A DNA stretch of 64,000 bases from Eledone cirrhosa (taxonomy: Eukaryota). Positions 12,621 to 27,995 of the stretch are shown here, in pieces. The position numbers were made by a program, and so were the translations under genes. The notes under the pieces are model-generated. The model had not been told where the DNA came from and made no database searches. It saw only the letters and a list, made by a program, of their open reading frames with translations. Each line of letters opens with the position of its first letter. Position 1 is the stretch's first letter. The stretch spans positions 244,838,001 through 244,902,000 of the forward strand of contig OZ024742.1 in assembly GCA_964016885.1 (NCBI GenBank), in the 5' to 3' direction.

Positions 12621-13904
12621 TCTACTAGGGGTTGTGACTCGTAGATAGTATCAGCAATGGACAAACTAATGCAAACATTGTTTCCTTGGTCCAATTTAAT
12701 GAGTTCCTGTTGATTAAGAAAGTGAGGGAAATATATGACTGAGGTTGGTAATTTGTATCTTGTTACTACTGCTGAATGCATCTATGGCCAATGTAGTTGG
12801 CACTTATAAGCCAGGGACATCATGGAGGACAGCTGACCCCAGCAAGATATGGTAATGCTGGGGAATTGACAGGGATTGTTGGCCAACTTCAGTACCTTCT
12901 GCAGGAGAAGCTACAGGAAATAGCTTAACACTCTATCCAGAGTAAAATTTGACACTCCCCAGGTTGATGTTACGAAAACTAAAGATAAATAAATAGCTCT
13001 ATGGATTCTTCTGTATGGTTTATTGATCAGTTTGGTTATGACAGAAATAAAAACACTAGAATTGTTACTTTTTAGTGAGTAGTGGATACTTGTTAGTAAA
13101 TACCAGGAGGTGTGACCGGTAGATAGTATCAGCAATGGAAAGACCAATGGAAACATTGTTTCCTTGGTCCGATTTGATGAAGTCTGGGATCTTGTTGATC
13201 AATCAGAGCAAGTAAGTAGTTCAGAAGCTAAATTTCTCTGCTTCAACCCCTGCTTTAATTGATTTAATATCTCAAAATATATATCTATTGACAATCTTGC
13301 CATTTGTTTGTTATTATAATAAAGATAAGGACATAGAAAAAGAAAAGCACTTGCTATTGATAAAGTGAACATATGACTCATGCGTTTGACAGAAATAAAA
13401 CTTATTGAACATAGCAGTTCTGTAGTTATTACTCTCAAGTATAAATTCTACCAGAACAATCTGTCTCTATAAAAACCTATAAAAGACATTAGCTCTCACT
13501 CCAGGAGATGACATTTTCCACACTCAACAGTAAAGATACAACAAAGCTTTTGCTTTATTCCTGACTGACACAGAAAAAAAAAAAAATGATTTTAAAGTAA
13601 GATATTTTTTTAGAATGACTAAGTCCAAAATATATCTCACATAGTAGGAAAATTTTGACAAACTCTAATTCCCATCACATGTTGAGAAAGTTGTTCTTAA
13701 ACAAATGATTGGTAAGTTAACAATAATAGATTTTCATATAATACTTTTTAAATAAGCTTTCCTAGAGTTTTTTAATGATAAATATACTAACTAATAAAAT
13801 GAAAGAGGATAAGCTGAAAGCAAATTAGTGATCTTATTGTTGTCATTAAATAACATTTGTGAAGTGGAATTGGGTACTAGATTAAGTCTACTACCCAAGA
13901 TCAA

Positions 13905-14075
13905 GAACAGACCCTCTGACAGACTGTTATACAATTTCTGTCTACCAAATTTTACTCACAAGTTTTTGGTTGACACAGGGCTGTGGGAGATCACACTTAC
14001 TCAAGGTGCTGTGCAGTGAGATCCAACTTGAAACCATGTAGATGTGAAATGAACATCTTGAAATTAATTCTCAGC
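13905..14075 (-). mobile_element. Degenerate S2 SINE
   Basis: GTCTACCAAATTTTACTCACAAG...CACTTACTCAAGGTGC...AACCATGT, collinear with 7250-7385. Confidence 0.6.
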
Positions 14076-14419
14076 ACATTTCTGTTACGTATTTTATCAA
14101 CCCTATCTCCAGAGGACTGGAAGCAATACACTTCAGTAGAATTTAAAGTCAGAATATAGTGCAATGATGTAAAATAGTCCATTTCTGCCAACACTAAGTA
14201 CCTTTTTAAAGGAGAGAAACAATTATTGGCAAATGAGATTTACATTTTTTTAATTGTTGATAAATAATTTTAATATTTCTTGGTAAAGTATCATTCAAGT
14301 ACTGAGGTTGATTTAATCAATGTTGAACTTTCTCTAAAATGTCCTGCCCTTATAGAAATTAATATTCCTTGTTATCACATGATGTTCACTTAAGTGTTTG
14401 TAGGCACATCCAGTGTGTT

Positions 14420-15200
14420 GTTATATATTGTAAACTTGCTGTTTTCTACTCCAGATGCATTTACACAGTTAGCAAACATCCTTCTTTTGTAATTCTCTAT
14501 CCAGAAAATCTTTTCATTAAATGATTCTGACCATAATTTTGGTATTATATCATATGGAATTAGATAAGCAGTCACAGAAACATCCTCAGAGAATTCATTC
14601 TTTTGATATTTTAATATGAGTTATCATTTCAATGAAATGTGCCTGATTGGTGTGACATGTTTGAAAATCATATCTGCTGTTTTCTCTAAAAACAGATTTA
14701 GGTTTACATATCATCATCTGTCTTCAGCACAAATATTGCCATTCCACATGAAGAATTAAAGCCATTTGATGTGAAAGAACACATTTTCTGAATGATCAGT
14801 ATAAGTTCTTTGTTAGGTATCTTTATACTTTCATCATTGATGTCATTTTGAAGATTTTATGGGCAAAACCAACTGGCAGGAGACCCTGAACAAGACCCTG
14901 AACAAAAATGGTTAGATAGCCTCCATGAGCTCGGCTGCTTTTACTTGGGGATCCAGCTGAATCAATTGGAGATGGTTGCTTCTGACGGGACCCACTGGAA
15001 AATATGTTTGAGGGCTCTCCCCTCACGGCCCTCCCAGAAATAACTGGGTGAAGAAGATGAAGACCAAGAATAAATGTGAAGCCTTTGAATTGTTTCTAGT
15101 ATCTTGACCTCCCAATTCTCTCAAATAGTGTTTCGATGTTATTTATTTACAAACATAGCAATAAGGAGCGGAGTCAGAATAATTTTATATCAAATGAGAA
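14420..15200 (-). pseudogene. Beta-1,3-glycosyltransferase (CAZy GT31 / Galactosyl_T) pseudogene, interrupted by an RTE fragment
   Basis: Minus-strand motifs in GT31 order: SAP, HRNTI*ENW (R-AIR-TWG), FTFILGL, QNDINDES, IKWL, AIFVLKTDDDM, VSVTAYLIPYDIIPKLWSES, FWIENY. Multiple stops and frameshifts. Confidence 0.75.
14855..15057 (+). mobile_element. 5'-truncated RTE 3' fragment (same family as 123-344)
   Basis: ILWAKPTGRRP...; GAAGAAGAT tail; flanked by TGAAGA direct repeats (14849-14854, 15058-15063). Confidence 0.75.
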
Positions 15201-15773
15201 ATAGTGTTGATATTTGTGATATTTGATTACAATAGAAATATAAAAATTTGAACCAACTGATAGAAAAACATTTTGTGTGGTTTTCTGGATTGATTTAGTA
15301 TATGAAAAGAGGAGTTAACAAAACTAAAATTATTAATACACATGAACACTTACTTATTAAATATTTCTCTTCTTGTCACAATAAGCGGACTTGCCTCTGA
15401 CAACTGTTGAAGTATTTGTATTGTAACTAGTTAGTAGTTAAATACTAACTTAAAGTAAATGACTTACTAGTTCTTTACTTCAAGTCGGTACTTATTTAAT
15501 TCTTTACTATTGACCAGTAATTATGCTAGTATTTTCTTTGAAGCTGAACCATTATAATTACTTAGTTTCATTTTAAGAAATTGTTGTAACAGTCAATAGT
15601 GAGAAGATATGAAGTCTGTCAAAAAAGTATTGAACTTTATTTTTTCCCTGTTGGAAATAATGACATTAAGGAGTCAAACATTTGCAGAGTGGAGCTACAT
15701 ACATTCATGTCCATATATGGTTTTTGTTAAGCTCACTTGAAAAGTCAGACATTGTCAGGCAGCCAGTGTTTAA

Positions 15774-16588
15774 CCCTTTAGTATCTAAACCGCTCATATC
15801 CGGCCAGAATTTTCTCACCTCTTTCTGTTTAAACCAGTCATATCCAGCCATTCATACTGATGTTAGGATATTATTCTCAAAATGAATAATATCAAAACCC
15901 CATAGATTCGACATTGTGAGGTCAATCCTTTACTGCAAAAATACACTAGTATAAAACCCGCCTTGCCTAAGTACAAAGTGAAACCTACAGTCAGTAGGCA
16001 CCCCCATCCCACTACACCAAGTCCCCCATCCCCATCAACACCACCCATTTCTCTGTAAAGTTATGTTGGTACCACAACATCCAGTCCTAAATAAATGAGG
16101 TCGTGTAGGTGTCACGACAAAAAAAACACACAGTCCACACTGTAATGTGGCTGAGTAGGTAACACGGTAAAAACCTCCCAGTCCACACTATAAACGTGGT
16201 TGGTGTTAGGAAGGGCATCCAGCCGTAGAAAACCTGCCAGACAGTCCTATACGAGCAAGATGACCAATCTTGCCTCAAGTGGGACAATTCCCGTCTAAAC
16301 CCATGCTAGCGTGGAAGAAAGACGTTAAACGATGATGATGATATATAGAGTAATGTAAATGCTAAAGGGTTAACCCTTTAGCATTTACATTACTTTTTAT
16401 TTACTATTGTATTTTTTATGATAAAGGCTTTACCTCACATAATTATCTGACATAATATTGAATCTATGAGATGTTGATATTATTTGAGAACAATACCTTA
16501 ACATAAGTATGAGTGGAAGGTTATGGCTAGTTTGAACAGAAAGTGGTGAGAATTCTGGCCGGATATGAGCGGTTTAAATACTAAGGGG
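15774..16588. mobile_element. Inverted dimer of a piggyBac-type MITE (15774-16369 and 16374-16588)
   Basis: TTAA at 15770-73, 16370-73 and 16589-92; termini of the CCCTTTAGYATYTA type; outer about 150 bp are inverted homologs; perfect 46-bp palindrome at 16349-16394. Confidence 0.8.
15940..16342 (+). mobile_element. 3' UTR fragment of RTE family C inserted in the MITE
   Basis: Matches 25750-26175; AGGAAGGGCATCC module, 3' stem-loop, (GAT)4 tail running into ATATAG. Confidence 0.85.
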
Positions 16589-16629
16589 TTAAGGTGCTCT
16601 ATATACTTGTCATGTTTTCATTTTACCCA

Positions 16630-17012
16630 ATACTGCCAACAAGGATCCTGAGTTTCTGGATGCTATGATAACTGGTGTAGAGACATGGGTGCGCTGGTAA
16701 GATCTGCAAACCAAAGCTCAGCCATCACAGTGGATATATCAAATGCCACTAAGGCCCTCAAAAAGCATATCAAGTGCAGAGCAAAATCAAGGTGGTGCTG
16801 TTTTCTTCAACTACCGAGGTGTTATGCATCATGAATACATACCAGAAAAACAAACAGTTATAATGATATACTAGGAAAAAGTTCTCCAACATTTTTATGT
16901 TGTAGTTCAGCACAAGAGACCAGATTTGTGGGCCTCGTAAAACTGAGAGCTGCATCATTCTCCATGGCTCTTTCTGACTTCTGGTTATTCCCAAAAATTA
17001 AGATGTCACTTC
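16630..17012 (+). pseudogene. Mariner (DD34D) transposase remnant
   Basis: DPEFLDAMITGVETWV..D.QTKAQPSQW, FFNYRGVMHHEYIPEKQTV, KRPDLW, SDFWLFPKIK across stops and frameshifts. Confidence 0.85.
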
Positions 17013-17227
17013 TTTCATATGAGACAGTAATCGCCTGATATTCCCCAAGAACATGAACCAGCTCACACTTGTGGGATTAAGGTGTGGTATGTCCACACTC
17101 TCAGGTGGGCAGAAATCCAGGCACTCACTTAGTATTTGTTCTGCAGCCTGTTCTAGTGAGCCACACTAGCAAGCTGCTGATGATCACAGCCCCCAGTGCG
17201 GCATGGTTGTATTGAATTGGCTGACAT

Positions 17228-17427
17228 NNNNNNNNNNNNNNNNNNNNNNNNNNNNNNNNNNNNNNNNNNNNNNNNNNNNNNNNNNNNNNNNNNNNNNNNN
17301 NNNNNNNNNNNNNNNNNNNNNNNNNNNNNNNNNNNNNNNNNNNNNNNNNNNNNNNNNNNNNNNNNNNNNNNNNNNNNNNNNNNNNNNNNNNNNNNNNNNN
17401 NNNNNNNNNNNNNNNNNNNNNNNNNNN
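17228..17427. other. Assembly gap (200 N)
   Basis: Round-number N run; the true distance between the two sides is unknown. Confidence 0.99.
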
Positions 17428-17607
17428 AAGAATGAAACGCGTAGATTACTTCCCTTGCTTTTATCGAGAATCTAATTGTAATACGTGACGTATTCTATTC
17501 TATAGCGATTAGGTCTTCAAAATGTTTATTATAAACATACAGAATATTTTCGAATATTCTATGTCTATACTCACATATATATCGCTATTTCAGAGCATTT
17601 ATTCCAA
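17428..17607 (+). mobile_element. Probable 3' end (pLTR) of a Penelope-like element cut by the gap
   Basis: GAAACGCGTA at 17434-17443 is the 3' half of a minimal hammerhead (palindromic stem III), about 165 nt before a TA junction, as in the other two PLE ends. Confidence 0.4.
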
Positions 17608-17647
17608 TATATATATATATATGTGTGTATATATATATATATATGTG

Positions 17648-17736
<89 letters not shown>

Positions 17737-17839
17737 ATATATATATATGTGTATATGTATATATATATATATATATATATGTGTGTATATATATATATAT
17801 ATGTGTATATATGTGTGTATATATATATATATATATGTG

Positions 17840-17876
<37 letters not shown>

Positions 17877-18051
17877 ATATATATATATATATGTGTATAT
17901 GTATATATATATATATATATATATGTGTGTATATATATATATATATGTGTATATATATGTGTGTATATATATATATATATGTGTATATGTATATATATAT
18001 ATATATATATATGTGTGTATATATATATATATATGTGTATATATATGTGTG

Positions 18052-18082
<31 letters not shown>

Positions 18083-18295
18083 GTATATATATATGTATAT
18101 ATATATATGTATATATATATATGTATATATATATGTATATATATGTATATGTATATATATGTATATATATGTATATGTATATGTATATATATGTATATAT
18201 ATGTATATGTATATATATGTATATATATGTATATATATATGTATATATATATGTATATATATGTATATATATGTATATATATATATATGTATATA

Positions 18296-18338
<43 letters not shown>

Positions 18339-18483
18339 GTATATATATATGTATATATATATATATGTATATATATATGTATATATATATATATGTATAT
18401 ATATGTATATATATATATATGTATATATATGTATATATATATATATGTATATATATGTATATATATATATATGTATATATATG

Positions 18484-18530
<47 letters not shown>

Positions 18531-18813
18531 GTATATATATGTATATATATATATATGTATATATATGTATATATATATATATGTATATATATGTATATAT
18601 ATATATATGTATATATATGTATATATATATATATGTATATATATGTATATATATATATGTATATATATGTATATATATATATATGTATATATATGTATAT
18701 GTATATATATGTATGTATATATATGTATATATATGTATGTATATATATGTATATATATATATATGTATATATATGTATATATATATATATGTATATATGT
18801 ATGTATATATATG

Positions 18814-18864
<51 letters not shown>

Positions 18865-18901
18865 GTATATATGTATATATATATATATATGTATATATGT
18901 A

Positions 18902-18982
<81 letters not shown>

Positions 18983-19157
18983 GTATATATATATGTATAT
19001 ATATATGTATATATATATGTATATATATATGTATATATATATGTATATATATATGTATATATATATGTATATATATATGTATATATATATGTATATATAT
19101 ATGTATATATATATGTATATATATATGTATATATATATGTATATATATATGTATATA

Positions 19158-19192
<35 letters not shown>

Positions 19193-19468
19193 ATATAGTA
19201 TATGTATATGTATATATATATGTATATATATATGTATATATATGTATATATATATGTATATGTATATGTATATGTATATATATATGTATATATATATGTA
19301 TATATATATGTATATATATATGTATATATATATGTATATATATATGTATATATATATGTATATGTATATATATATATGTATATATATATATGTATATATA
19401 TATATGTATATATATATATGTATATATATATATGTATATATGTATATGTATATGTATATATATATGTA

Positions 19469-19533
<65 letters not shown>

Positions 19534-19581
19534 ATATGTATATATATGTATATATATATATATATGTATATATTATATATG

Positions 19582-19614
<33 letters not shown>

Positions 19615-19792
19615 GTATATATATGTATATATATATATGTATATATGTATATGTATATATATGTATATATATATGTATATGTATATATATGTATATATAT
19701 GTATATATATATGTATATATATGTATATGTATATATATGTATATATATATGTATATGTATATATATGTATATATATATGTATATATATATGT

Positions 19793-19823
<31 letters not shown>

Positions 19824-19824
19824 G

Positions 19825-19897
<73 letters not shown>

Positions 19898-19986
19898 GTA
19901 TATATATATATGTATATATATATATATGTATATATATATATGTATATATATATATGTATATATATATATGTATATATATATATATG

Positions 19987-20017
<31 letters not shown>

Positions 20018-20247
20018 ATATGTATATGTATATATATGTATATGTATATATATGTATATGTATATATATATATGTATATGTATATATGTATATGTATATA
20101 TGTATATATGTATATGTATATATATATATATGTATATGTATATGTATATATATGTATATGTATATATATGTATATGTATATATATGTATATGTATATATA
20201 TATATGTATATGTATAATGTATATGTATATATATATATATGTATATG

Positions 20248-20280
<33 letters not shown>

Positions 20281-20488
20281 GTATATGTATATATATATAT
20301 GTATATATATATAAATGTATATATATATATATATGTATATGTATATATGATATAATGTATATGTATATATATGTATATGTATATGATATAGTATATGTAA
20401 TATATATATGTATATATATGTATATGTATATATATGTATATGTATATGTATATATATATATATGTATATATATATATGTATATATATG

Positions 20489-20577
<89 letters not shown>

Positions 20578-20600
20578 TATATGTATATATAATATATATG

Positions 20601-20631
<31 letters not shown>

Positions 20632-21789
20632 GTATATCTACTATATACTATACTATATATATATATATGCTATATACTATATCACTATGTATACATATAT
20701 ATATATACTATACTACTATACTCCTATGTACTACTATATACTCTCTATACTATATATACTATACTATATATACTACTATACTATACTACTATCTATATAC
20801 TATATATATATATACTATATACTATCTGTATACACTATATACACACAGTATACATATACTATATATGCTATACTCAGTATATCTAAATGTACTATATATA
20901 TGTATATGTATATATATGTATATATATATACTGTCACTATATATATGTATATGTACTATACTGTATATATATATATACTCTATACATACTACTATATACT
21001 ATATATACTATACTATATATATATATATATCTATATAAATACACTGTATACTCACTATACTACTATATACTACTATATGTAACTATCATATACTATATAT
21101 ATCTAATATACTATATCTATATATACTCTATATACTATATCTCTATATAATCTATATATATATGTATATATACTTATATACTCTATACTATACTATACTA
21201 TGTACACTATATATACACACACTATATACTATATACTATCTATATACTCTACTCATAAGTACTACTACTATACTATATGACTACTACACATACACACAGC
21301 ACAACACTTACATACTCTCATATACTCACTCTATACTATACTCTCATATACTATACTCTCTGTACTCTACACTATACTACTGTATACTACTATATACTCT
21401 ACTATTCATACTACAGCTATCTATACTATACTACTATCACAGTACACACTATACACTCTACACATACTCACACACACACATACACACCACATACACACAC
21501 ACACACAGTACACACACACACACATACATACACACTCAGCATACATACACACACATGTCACTACTATACACACTACTATACACTGACACTATACACACAC
21601 ATACACACTCCCCACACACACTTACACACACCCCCAAGTCCACATAGCCCCCCCCCCTACCCGCCCCCTTCCCACCCCACCACCCCACCCCACATGAGTC
21701 CCCACCTGCCTAGTTCAGGCAGCGGAACTTCCTCTGTGTCCCGGCCGCACGTGACACCTCCCCCGGCCTCCCCTGGGGCCGCATGACCC

Positions 21790-24167
21790 CCCACAGCATA
21801 CGTTAGTTCGATAGTGACTATCTCAGTAAGCAAGAGCTGGAATGAGCCATCTAGGAAGGTGTGGAGAAGAAAGGTCTGGCAGCTAAAAGACCTTTCACTA
21901 CAATTCACAATTAGGAAAGCCCTTCAAGATGTATATGACGAAAAGAAACGACGATTTAGAGACGTATGACATAGATAATAGCTGGAAGTTCTTACGTGAC
22001 AACTTGCTGAAGGCTACTGATGAAACTTGTGGCTGGAGCAGAGCCCCAACCAGACAGAGAGTGACCTGGTGGTGGAACAGCAGTGTAGATAAGGCTATTA
22101 GAGACAAAAGACTAGCATGGAAGGCTTGGAATAAGGGTGGGAGTAGGGAAGAATATACAGCCACTAAGAGAGAAGCTAGACGTCAGGTGTACTTAACACG
22201 CAGGGAGGCAGAGAGTAGGAGGTTTGCCAATGTTCTGCGACGGGAAGATCAGAGGCGTGCGGTGTTCCACATTGCAAGGCAGTGTGTCAATGCAAATCAG
22301 GATGTTGTTGGTGATAAATGTGTCCGGGATGATGCCGGTGTACTTAGTGTCACGAATGACCAGAAAAAGGAGGCCTGGAAATGCCATTATGAGAGACTGA
22401 TGAATGTGGAGAACGAATGGGAGAGAGAGAAATTACCCTTGGTAGATCCGACAGAGGGACCAGCTATTGAGATTGACGAATATAGGGTCCAAGAGGCGAT
22501 TAGGGAAATGAAAAATGGTAAGGCGGCCGGACCATCGGGAATAGTTGCTGAGATGCTGAAGGCATCAGGGGACGTAGGCACTAAACTGGTTGCACGCATA
22601 ATCAATCAGGCTATATATGGTGGTGTCATACCCAAAGACTGGTGCAGCAGTATTCTCATAAATTGCTACAAAGGTAAAGGGGATGCTTTGGAGAGGAGCA
22701 ATTATAGGGGTATAAAACTGATAGATCAGGTTATGAAAGTGGCAGAAAGGATTTTAGCACAACTAATTAGAGAAAGGGTCAAACTAGATGAGATGCAGTT
22801 TGGTTTTGTGCCTGGGAAGAGTACAACAGATGCCCTCTTCTTGGTGAGACAAATGCAAGAGAGGTTCTTAGAGAAGAATAAGCCACTATACTTGGCCTTT
22901 GTTGACCTAGAGAAGGCCTTTGATAGGGTACCCCGATCTGTCATCTGGTGGTCCCTAAGGAAGCTGGGTGTTGAGGAATGGCTTGTAAGGACAGTGCAAA
23001 CTTTGTACAGAGGTACTCTCAGTAAAGTCAGGGTAGGAATGGAGTTTAGTGAGGAATTCCAGATACAAGTAGGAGTACATCAGGGTTCGGTCCTCAGCCC
23101 GCTCTTGTTCATTATAGTCCTCCAAGCCATAACAGAGGAGTTTAAGACTGGCTGTCCATGGGAACTTCTCTATGCTGACGATCTGGCTCTTATGGCAGAA
23201 TCAGTAGAGGAGCTAGAGAATAAATTCCGGCTATGGAAACAGCAGTTGGAAGCAAGAGGACTGAGAGTAAATCTAGCTAAGACAAAAGTGTTGATGAGTA
23301 GAAAAGAGGACAAAACCCTGATTCCATCAGGGAAATGGCCATGTTCGATATGCAGAAAAGGAACTGGCATAAATTCTATAAAATGCACACAATGTAGGTC
23401 CTGGGTACACAAGAGATGTAGCGGGATAGCAGGCAAACTAACAGGTAGGGAGAAATATGTATGCAGTAGATGTACAGGGAAATTAGACAGTAGAAGTCGC
23501 ACTGATAGACACATTTTTCAAATGCGAGAGGGCGCTATAGAAGTGGTGGATAGCTTCCGGTACCTAGGAGATCAGATTAGCATGGGAGGAGGGTGTTCCG
23601 AGGCCATAGTATCTAGAATAAGGACGGGTTGGAAGAAGTTTAGGGAGCTGCTTCCTCTGTTGACGAAGAAGGGTTTCTCCCTGCGTACGAAAGGCCGGTT
23701 GTATGATGCCTGTGTGAGGAGCGCGATGCTGCATGGTAGTGAGACATGGGCAGCTACCGCAGAAGATATGCGACGGCTGGAGAGAAATGAGGCAAGCATG
23801 CTCCGTTGGATGTGCAGTGTAAATGTGCGTGAACGACCCAGCATAAATGTGTTGAGAGAGAAACTGTGTCTGAGAGGGATAGAATGTAGTGTACGGGAGA
23901 GGAGACTGAGGTGGTATGGACATGTGATGCGCATGGAGGATGACCGATGGGTGAAGAAGTGCCAGGAAATGCCAGTTGAAGGAAGACGTAGTAGAGGTAG
24001 ACCACGAAAAACATGGGCGGAGGTGGTGAGAACAGACCTCAGATCATTGAAGCTCACGGTGGAAATGACGAGGGACCGTGATGAGTGGAGAGATGCTGTG
24101 CTGAATAAGACCCGTCCCACCCTTGCAAGCAGGGAAAAGCGGTGATGATGATGATGATGATGATGAT
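21790..24167 (+). mobile_element. RTE-clade LINE family B, 5' end missing or garbled
   Basis: RT ORF, essentially no 3' UTR, terminal stem-loop and (TGA)8 tail joined to ATATG repeats. Confidence 0.95.
21929..24145 (+). CDS. RTE-B ORF, partial (738 aa): reverse transcriptase + PHD finger
   Basis: [39 protein letters not shown]-x10-CTQC-x4-H-x2-C-x14-[17 protein letters not shown]; no APE domain. Confidence 0.92.
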   Translation: MYMTKRNDDLETYDIDNSWKFLRDNLLKATDETCGWSRAPTRQRVTWWWNSSVDKAIRDKRLAWKAWNKGGSREEYTATKREARRQVYLTRREAESRRFANVLRREDQRRAVFHIARQCVNANQDVVGDKCVRDDAGVLSVTNDQKKEAWKCHYERLMNVENEWEREKLPLVDPTEGPAIEIDEYRVQEAIREMKNGKAAGPSGIVAEMLKASGDVGTKLVARIINQAIYGGVIPKDWCSSILINCYKGKGDALERSNYRGIKLIDQVMKVAERILAQLIRERVKLDEMQFGFVPGKSTTDALFLVRQMQERFLEKNKPLYLAFVDLEKAFDRVPRSVIWWSLRKLGVEEWLVRTVQTLYRGTLSKVRVGMEFSEEFQIQVGVHQGSVLSPLLFIIVLQAITEEFKTGCPWELLYADDLALMAESVEELENKFRLWKQQLEARGLRVNLAKTKVLMSRKEDKTLIPSGKWPCSICRKGTGINSIKCTQCRSWVHKRCSGIAGKLTGREKYVCSRCTGKLDSRSRTDRHIFQMREGAIEVVDSFRYLGDQISMGGGCSEAIVSRIRTGWKKFRELLPLLTKKGFSLRTKGRLYDACVRSAMLHGSETWAATAEDMRRLERNEASMLRWMCSVNVRERPSINVLREKLCLRGIECSVRERRLRWYGHVMRMEDDRWVKKCQEMPVEGRRSRGRPRKTWAEVVRTDLRSLKLTVEMTRDRDEWRDAVLNKTRPTLASREKR

Positions 24168-24234
24168 ATATGTATATATGTATATAAATATATGTGTATA
24201 TGTATATGTATATGTATGTATATATATATATGTG

Positions 24235-24353
<119 letters not shown>

Positions 24354-24452
24354 GTATATATGTATATATGTATATATATGTATATATGTATATATATGTA
24401 TATATGTATATATATGTATATATGTATATATATGTATATATGTGTATATATG

Positions 24453-24487
<35 letters not shown>

Positions 24488-24497
24488 GTATATGTAT

Positions 24498-24563
<66 letters not shown>

Positions 24564-24783
24564 GTATTATATATATATATATGTATATATATGTGTATAT
24601 ATATGTGTATATATATGTGTATATATATGTGTATATATATGTGTATATATATATGTATATATATATATGTATATGTATATATGTATATATATGTATATGT
24701 ATATGTATATGTATATATATGTATATATATATGTATATGTATATATATGTATATGTATATATATGTATATATGTATATATATG

Positions 24784-24834
<51 letters not shown>

Positions 24835-24835
24835 G

Positions 24836-24927
<92 letters not shown>

Positions 24928-25013
24928 TGTATATTTATATATATATATATGTATATTTATATATATATATGTATATATATATTTATATATATATATATAT
25001 GTATATATATATG

Positions 25014-25044
<31 letters not shown>

Positions 25045-25045
25045 G

Positions 25046-25077
<32 letters not shown>

Positions 25078-25080
25078 GAT

Positions 25081-26175
25081 TAACTAAGAACATAGATTTT
25101 ACATGTGGCCGGTGCTCTGGTGCAATAAGTAGCAGCAAGTGCCCACAAACTACTAGCTCTTTCAATTGCGCAGAGGGTTCTATAGAAATAGTGGACAGCT
25201 TCCGTTACCTGGGCGATAAAATCAGCAGTGGGGGAGGGTGCTCTGAAAGTACTGTAGCTAGAGTCAGAACTGGTTGGAAAAAGTTCAGAGAGCTTATACC
25301 ACTATTAGCTGCTAAAGGGTTCTCACTAAAAATGAAAGGCAGGTTGTACGATGCCTGCATACGAACAGCAATGCTGCATGGCAGTGAGACCTGGGCATTG
25401 TGTGCAGAGGATATACGCAGACTAGAGAGGAACGAAGCTTGCATGCTCCGCTGGATGTGTAACAGTAATATACGTGAACGGCAAAGCATAAACGAACTAA
25501 GGAAAAAATTAGAGATAAGAGGGATCAGATGTTGTTTACTCGAGAGAAGGCTACGTTGGTATGGACACGTGATGCGCATGAAAGTCGATAGCTGTATAAC
25601 AAAGTGCAGGGCAATAAAGATAGACGGTAGTCACGGAATAGGCAGACCTAGAAAAACCTGGGACGAGCTGATAAACTCCGACATCACACACTTACACCTC
25701 TCCAAGACAATGTCACTGGACCGAGACCTTTGGCGGTACTCAGTAACAGAGAAGACCCGCCTTACCTAAATATATAGTAAAACCTACTCCAGCCAGTAGG
25801 CATCTCTAACAAAATACACCCCGTCCCACCACCCCCACCCCCACCCGATCCACACCACCCCGTTCTATGTAAAGTTATGTTGGTGCCGCGCCATCGAGGC
25901 CGAAACAAATGAGATCGTGTAGGTGTCACGACAAAAAAAACACACAGTCCACGCTGTAATGTGGCCGTGTAGGCAACACGGTAAAAACCTCCCAGACCCA
26001 CACTGTAAATGTGGTTGGTGTTAGGAAGGGCATCCAACTGTAGAAAACCTGCCAGACAGTCCTATGCGAGCAAGACAATCACTCTTGCCTCAAGTGGGAC
26101 TACCCCCGTCCAAACCCATGCAAGCGTGGAACACGGACGTTAAACGTTGATGATGATGATGATGATGATGATGAT
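25081..26175 (+). mobile_element. RTE family C, 5'-truncated within the PHD finger
   Basis: Nearly identical to 61300-62365; open to stop at 25769; about 400-bp 3' UTR and (GAT)n tail; TA arrays on both sides. Confidence 0.95.
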
Positions 26176-26224
26176 ATATATATATGTATATATGTATATA
26201 TATGTATATATATGTATATATATG

Positions 26225-26271
<47 letters not shown>

Positions 26272-26291
26272 GTATATGTATATATATGTAT

Positions 26292-26323
<32 letters not shown>

Positions 26324-26412
26324 GTATATATATATGTATATATATATATGTATATATATATGTATATGTATATGTATATATATATATATATGTATATATA
26401 TATGTATATATA

Positions 26413-26447
<35 letters not shown>

Positions 26448-26501
26448 ATATATATATATGTATATATATATGTATATATATATATGTATATATATATGTA
26501 T

Positions 26502-26552
<51 letters not shown>

Positions 26553-26623
26553 ATGTATATATGTATATGTATATATATATATGTATATGTATATATATAT
26601 ATGTATATGTATATATATGTATA

Positions 26624-26676
<53 letters not shown>

Positions 26677-26708
26677 GTATATGTATATGTATATATATGT
26701 ATATGTAT

Positions 26709-26740
<32 letters not shown>

Positions 26741-26742
26741 GT

Positions 26743-26774
<32 letters not shown>

Positions 26775-27087
26775 GTATATATATGTATATATATGTATAT
26801 ATATATATATATGTATATATATGTATATATATATATGTATATATATATATGTATATATATGTATATATATGTATATATATATATATATGTATATATATGT
26901 ATATATATATATGTATATATATGTATATATATATATGTATATATATATATGTATATATATGTATATATATATATGTATATATATGTATATATATATATGT
27001 ATATATATATATATGTATATATATGTATATATGTATATATATATATGTATATATATATATATGTATATATATGTATATATGTATATG

Positions 27088-27134
<47 letters not shown>

Positions 27135-27427
27135 GTATATATATATATGTATATATATATATGTATATATATGTATATATATATGTATATATATGTATAT
27201 ATATATGTATATATATGTATATATATATGTATATATATGTATATATATATGTATATATATGTATATATATATGTATATATATGTATATATATGTATATAT
27301 ATATGTATATATATGTATATATATATGTATATATATGTATATATATATGTATATATATATGTATATATATGTATATATATATGTATATATATGTATATAT
27401 ATGTATATATATATCTATATATATGTA

Positions 27428-27458
<31 letters not shown>

Positions 27459-27810
27459 ATATATGTATATATATATATGTATATATATATATGTATATAT
27501 ATGTATATGTATATATATGTATATGTATATATATATATATGTATATATATATGTATATGTATATATATATGTATATATATATGTATATATATATGTATAT
27601 ATGTATATATATATGTATATATATATGTATATATTTATATGTATATGTATATGTATATATATTATATGTATATGTATATGTATATATATGTATATGTATA
27701 TATATGTATATGTATATATATATGTATATGTATATATATATGTATATGTATATATATGTATATGTATATGTATATATATATGTATATGTATATATATGTA
27801 TATATATATG

Positions 27811-27841
<31 letters not shown>

Positions 27842-27896
27842 GTATATATATATGTATATATATATGTATATATATATATATATGTATATATATATG

Positions 27897-27927
<31 letters not shown>

Positions 27928-27928
27928 G

Positions 27929-27959
<31 letters not shown>

Positions 27960-27960
27960 G

Positions 27961-27995
<35 letters not shown>

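Noticed and set aside
17196-17475. ORFs spanning the N run
   Set aside because: Artefact of the assembly gap.
20620-21900. Gradual change from TA repeat to TAC/CA-rich and then C-rich sequence
   Set aside because: Errors fade smoothly into an otherwise intact RTE-B, which looks like low-quality consensus rather than biology; needs raw reads.
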